Shown here: piece after piece, positions 29,338 through 32,908 of the stretch
Numbering within the stretch: position 1 is the first letter of the stretch
How the letters are laid out: every line of letters begins with the position of its first letter
From: Clostridium sp. CAG:1024
GTDB taxonomy: Bacteria > Bacillota > Clostridia > Christensenellales > CAG-138
DNA length: 32,908 nucleotides
Direction: 5' to 3'
Assembly (NCBI GenBank): GCA_000432015.1
Contig: HF985534.1
Location: 20,720 to 53,627, forward strand
Translations under genes and position numbers: made by a program
Notes under the pieces: generated by a model
What the model saw: the letters and a program-made list of their open reading frames with translations, nothing else
Database searches by the model: none
Told to the model about the DNA's origin: nothing

Positions 29338-32300
29338 TCAGTCAAGCGAAAACAAAGAAATCTGGTTTTCTTTCGGCAGCGCATCAAAGCAGCCGTTTTG
29401 CTCGAGTGCTCCTACTACACCACTGTTTGCGCCGGTCCTTGTTTGAAAATCCTCGACCGAAACAAATCGCTCCGTCCCGCGTTTTTCCACCATCGAAACC
29501 GCCGCATTATCCCCGACGCCGGGAATGGAGTTGAACGGCGGCCGCAAAGCGTTTCCTTCGATCAAAAACTTCGTTGCCTCAGAGCGATAGATGTCAACCG
29601 GCAGCAGGGCGATCCCGCGCAGGTTCATCTCATAAACGACCTCCAGAATCGTTTGGATCTCTTTATCGCGTTTCTTTTCCGCCGGCTCCTTTGTCTGGGA
29701 GTTTTTATCCAGCTCTTTGATCGCCGCAAGTACTTTCTCGGGACCGCCGGACGCCAGTGTTACATCGAATGCGTCTGCACGCACAGAAAAGTACACCGCA
29801 TAGAACGCAAGCGGGTAATGTACTTTATAATAAGCGATGCGAAACGCCATTGTCACATAGGCCACAGCATGCCCTCTTGGGAACATGTACTTTATCTTAT
29901 GGCAAGAGTCTATAAACCAGGCCGGGATATTCCCATCGATCAGAGCCTGTTCCATCTCCGGCGTCAGTCCTCTGCCCTTTCGGACACTTTCCATGATCTT
30001 AAACGACAACGAAGCGTCCATGCCATGCGCGATCAAGTAGGTCATAATGTCATCGCGTGTACATAGCACCTCCGATAGTTTCGCTATTTTATTCGTGACG
30101 AGCGGCTCAGCATTGTTCAGCCAAACATCCGTTCCGTGTGTCAAACCGGAAATACGGACAAGTTCCTCCATCGTCGAAGGCTTCGTGCTCTCCAGCACGC
30201 CTCGGACAAAGCCGGTCCCGAATTCCGGCACGCCGAGCGACCCAACCGTACACTCCAGTCCGCTAAGATCGATGCCGAGTGACTCGGTCGACGAAAACAG
30301 GCGCATTGTATCCGGGTCATCAAGGGGTATGCTCCGTGGATTCAACCCGGTAATATCCTCCAGCATGCGCAGCGCCGTCGGATCGTCGTGTCCGAGTATA
30401 TCCAATTTGACAAGACGATCGTCCATTGCATGGAAATCAAAATGCGTCGTTATCGTGTTCTTATCCTTTTTATCGGCAGGATACTGAACGGGCGTGTAGT
30501 CCAGGATATCATCGTCCTTCGGCACGATAACGATTCCGCCTGGGTGCTGTCCCGTTGTTACCTTAACATTGAGACACCCCTTGCAGAGGCGTTCCATCTC
30601 TGCTTTTCGCAGAGTTCTTCCCGTCTCTTCCATATAATGATAAATGCACTCAAATGCTTTGCGTTCGGCAAGGCCGGAAATCGTACCTGCGCGGAATGCA
30701 TGTCCAACGCCGAACATCTCTTCAACATACTTATGTGCGACGGGTTGGTATTCTCCGGAGAAATTCAGGTCGATATCCGGCGTCTTGTCGCCTTTAAAGC
30801 CGAGGAATACCTCGAAAGGAATCTCATATCCTTTTTTCTCATACTTTGTTCCGCATATCGGACAGTTTTTGTTCGGAAGGTCAACGCCGCAGTCAGACTC
30901 CGGGCAAACGACGTCAAATTCGCTGTGCTTACAGTTCGGACAAATATAATGCGGCTGAAGGGGATTGACTTCTGTAATCCCAGCCATGGTCGCAACAAAT
31001 GACGAGCCGACCGAGCCACGCGAACCAACGAGGTATCCGTCGCTCAGAGATTTATGCACAAGCCGCTGCGCCATGAGATACAGCGACGCGTAGCCGTTGC
31101 CGATGATGGACTTCAGCTCGCGGTCAAGTCTCCCCTGTACCACGTCCGGCAGAGGGTCACCATAGATTCGATGCGCCTCATTGACCGCCATATCGTGCAG
31201 CTCCTGGCTTGCATTTGGGATCTCCGGCGCATGCGTGCCATCCGGGAAAGGCTTAAGCTCGTCGCACAGATCCGCGATCATATTGGGCGTTTCAACAACG
31301 ACTCGGTGTGCTTCCTCAGCGCCGAGATATGCAAACTCCTCCAGCATCTCGTCCGTTGTCTTAAAGTATAGCGGCGCCTGCTGATCCGCGTCTGAGAATC
31401 CAAGCTTGTACATCAGTATTTTTCGGAACGCCGCATCTTCCGGGTCAAGAAAATGCACGTCTCCCGTTGCGGCGACAGGTTTACCAAGCTCCTTGCCAAG
31501 ATCCACAATTCGACGGTTGATATTCCTCAGCGCCTCATCATCCGAAACGATCTGTTCCCGCACCATAAACGCATTGTTTCCGAGGGGCTGGATCTCCAGA
31601 AAGTCATACCATTCCGCGATGCTCCTGACCTGTGCTTCGTCTGCGCCATGTACGATCGCCTGATACAATTCGCCCTGCTCGCAGGCCGAGCCAACGATTA
31701 GCCCGTCACGGTATATGGAAAGCAAGCTCTTCGGAATGGTCGGACGCGTTCTGAAATAGTCCAAGTGCGAATAGCTGATCAGTCGATACAGATTTTTCAT
31801 TCCTGCCTGCGTTTTTGCAAGCAGGATAATGTGATTGGTCTTTTGTCTATGTTTCTTCCCGGTATTCCCCTCTCCCACGGGTGCCGGGCGATGTACCGGA
31901 AGTGTTGTCACATGCAACGTCCGAAGCATATCAAGAAACTTGAGGAACACGTCCCCGGTCGCCGCGGCATCATCAATCGCCCGATGATGGTTTTCCAGGC
32001 TGATCGAGAAATGCTCACATATCGTATCAAGTTTGTGATTCTGGAGGTCGTGCAGCAAGTACCGAGCCAGCATCAACGTATCCGCATACGGCTCGTCAAA
32101 TACAATACCGTATTTCTCACTATGGTGATGGATAAAACCCACATCAAACTTTGCATTATGCGCAACGAGGCAGCAGCCATTGCAAAAAGCAGCAAAGCGT
32201 TCCAAAACATCGCGCAGCGGCGGCGCATCTGCAATCATATCGTTCGTAATGCCGGTAAGCGCCGTAATGTTTGGCGGGATCACAACACCGCCATTGATAA

Positions 32301-32908
32301 AAGTTTGAAACCGATCAATGATTTCCCCGTCGCGGATCTTCACCGCCCCGATCTCGATTATATCGCAGTGTTCGGGCTTCAGCCCGGTGGTCTCAATATC
32401 GAACACGACAAACGTTACGTCCATATCGACAAGATCCGTATCGGGCAGGAGGTACCCCTCAACACCGAATATGGCCTTTACCCCTGTTTTTTTCGACGCC
32501 TTTGCTGCTTCAGGGAAAGCCTGCACGACGCCGTGATCCGTAATCGCGAGCGCCTTATGCCCGAACCGCTTTGCCGTCTGAAATGCGCGCGTAACATCGG
32601 TCAAGCCGTCCATCGTGGACATGCGGGAGTGCAGATGCAATTCTACGCGCTTATCCTCCGCCGTATCCTGCCGATAAACCGCTTCCGCTAAATTGACATC
32701 ATTGATATAGAGCGTCAACTCTTTGGAAAACTTTGGTATCTTGCATACGCCGCGAACGGCGACTTGCTGATCTTTTCCAAATAGCGGCGAGACGCATTCA
32801 AAAAATCGATCCGCTTTCACCTTATCGTAGAAGGTAGCTGAACAGTAAACCGAGTCTGTTTTATCGGTCACATTCAACTGAACACGATAGCTTTGCCGTC
32901 CGTCCTTA
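29338..32908 (-). CDS. polC: DNA polymerase III alpha subunit, PolC type (N-terminus lies beyond the right edge)
   Basis: The track ORF is 29338..32877 and starts with TTG. The frame stays open to the window end (..KDGRQSYRVQ-LNVTDKTDS..). It has the PHP motif HLHSRMSTMDGL and an inserted 3'-5' exonuclease with motifs VVFDIETTGL, HNAKFDVGF and HRAIDDAAATGDVF. Confidence 0.95.
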   Translation of the reverse strand, partial: KDGRQSYRVQLNVTDKTDSVYCSATFYDKVKADRFFECVSPLFGKDQQVAVRGVCKIPKFSKELTLYINDVNLAEAVYRQDTAEDKRVELHLHSRMSTMDGLTDVTRAFQTAKRFGHKALAITDHGVVQAFPEAAKASKKTGVKAIFGVEGYLLPDTDLVDMDVTFVVFDIETTGLKPEHCDIIEIGAVKIRDGEIIDRFQTFINGGVVIPPNITALTGITNDMIADAPPLRDVLERFAAFCNGCCLVAHNAKFDVGFIHHHSEKYGIVFDEPYADTLMLARYLLHDLQNHKLDTICEHFSISLENHHRAIDDAAATGDVFLKFLDMLRTLHVTTLPVHRPAPVGEGNTGKKHRQKTNHIILLAKTQAGMKNLYRLISYSHLDYFRTRPTIPKSLLSIYRDGLIVGSACEQGELYQAIVHGADEAQVRSIAEWYDFLEIQPLGNNAFMVREQIVSDDEALRNINRRIVDLGKELGKPVAATGDVHFLDPEDAAFRKILMYKLGFSDADQQAPLYFKTTDEMLEEFAYLGAEEAHRVVVETPNMIADLCDELKPFPDGTHAPEIPNASQELHDMAVNEAHRIYGDPLPDVVQGRLDRELKSIIGNGYASLYLMAQRLVHKSLSDGYLVGSRGSVGSSFVATMAGITEVNPLQPHYICPNCKHSEFDVVCPESDCGVDLPNKNCPICGTKYEKKGYEIPFEVFLGFKGDKTPDIDLNFSGEYQPVAHKYVEEMFGVGHAFRAGTISGLAERKAFECIYHYMEETGRTLRKAEMERLCKGCLNVKVTTGQHPGGIVIVPKDDDILDYTPVQYPADKKDKNTITTHFDFHAMDDRLVKLDILGHDDPTALRMLEDITGLNPRSIPLDDPDTMRLFSSTESLGIDLSGLECTVGSLGVPEFGTGFVRGVLESTKPSTMEELVRISGLTHGTDVWLNNAEPLVTNKIAKLSEVLCTRDDIMTYLIAHGMDASLSFKIMESVRKGRGLTPEMEQALIDGNIPAWFIDSCHKIKYMFPRGHAVAYVTMAFRIAYYKVHYPLAFYAVYFSVRADAFDVTLASGGPEKVLAAIKELDKNSQTKEPAEKKRDKEIQTILEVVYEMNLRGIALLPVDIYRSEATKFLIEGNALRPPFNSIPGVGDNAAVSMVEKRGTERFVSVEDFQTRTGANSGVVGALEQNGCFDALPKENQISLFSLD

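Noticed and set aside
29314-32691. Plus-strand ORFs 29314..30066, 30388..31002 and 31765..32691
   Set aside because: They are antisense to polC, which has clear PHP, exonuclease and polymerase motifs. I treat them as shadow ORFs.

Overview
This 32.9-kb chromosomal window comes from a PolC/RNase Y-type Bacillota genome, with Clostridia-like gene order. It is mostly housekeeping genes. From left to right: ligA (partial) and pcrA; a mini P-loop ATPase, thrC, an S41 protease and ahcY; a divergent EF-G paralog; miaB, a YlbF/YmcA-family gene, mutS, mutL, miaA and an aluminium-resistance/YnbB-like PLP enzyme; lexA; a Cys-rich small ORF; a Xer-like tyrosine recombinase; rnhA and proC; a polysaccharide deacetylase; a decayed MATE pump; tRNA-Trp; an M19 dipeptidase; rny; and polC (partial). 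I saw no CRISPR array, rRNA, transposase or recognisable defence operon. The only accessory-looking stretch is about 20.2-22.7 kb. It holds a consensus-perfect SOS (Cheo) box shared by lexA and a divergent ferredoxin-motif small ORF. It also holds a perfect 34-bp palindrome over the recombinase promoter, a small ORF broken by a 13-bp tandem duplication, and an unassigned island of about 77% G+C rich in hairpins. I could not assign that island to any RNA family by eye. All calls rest on reading the supplied translations and sequence; no searches were run.
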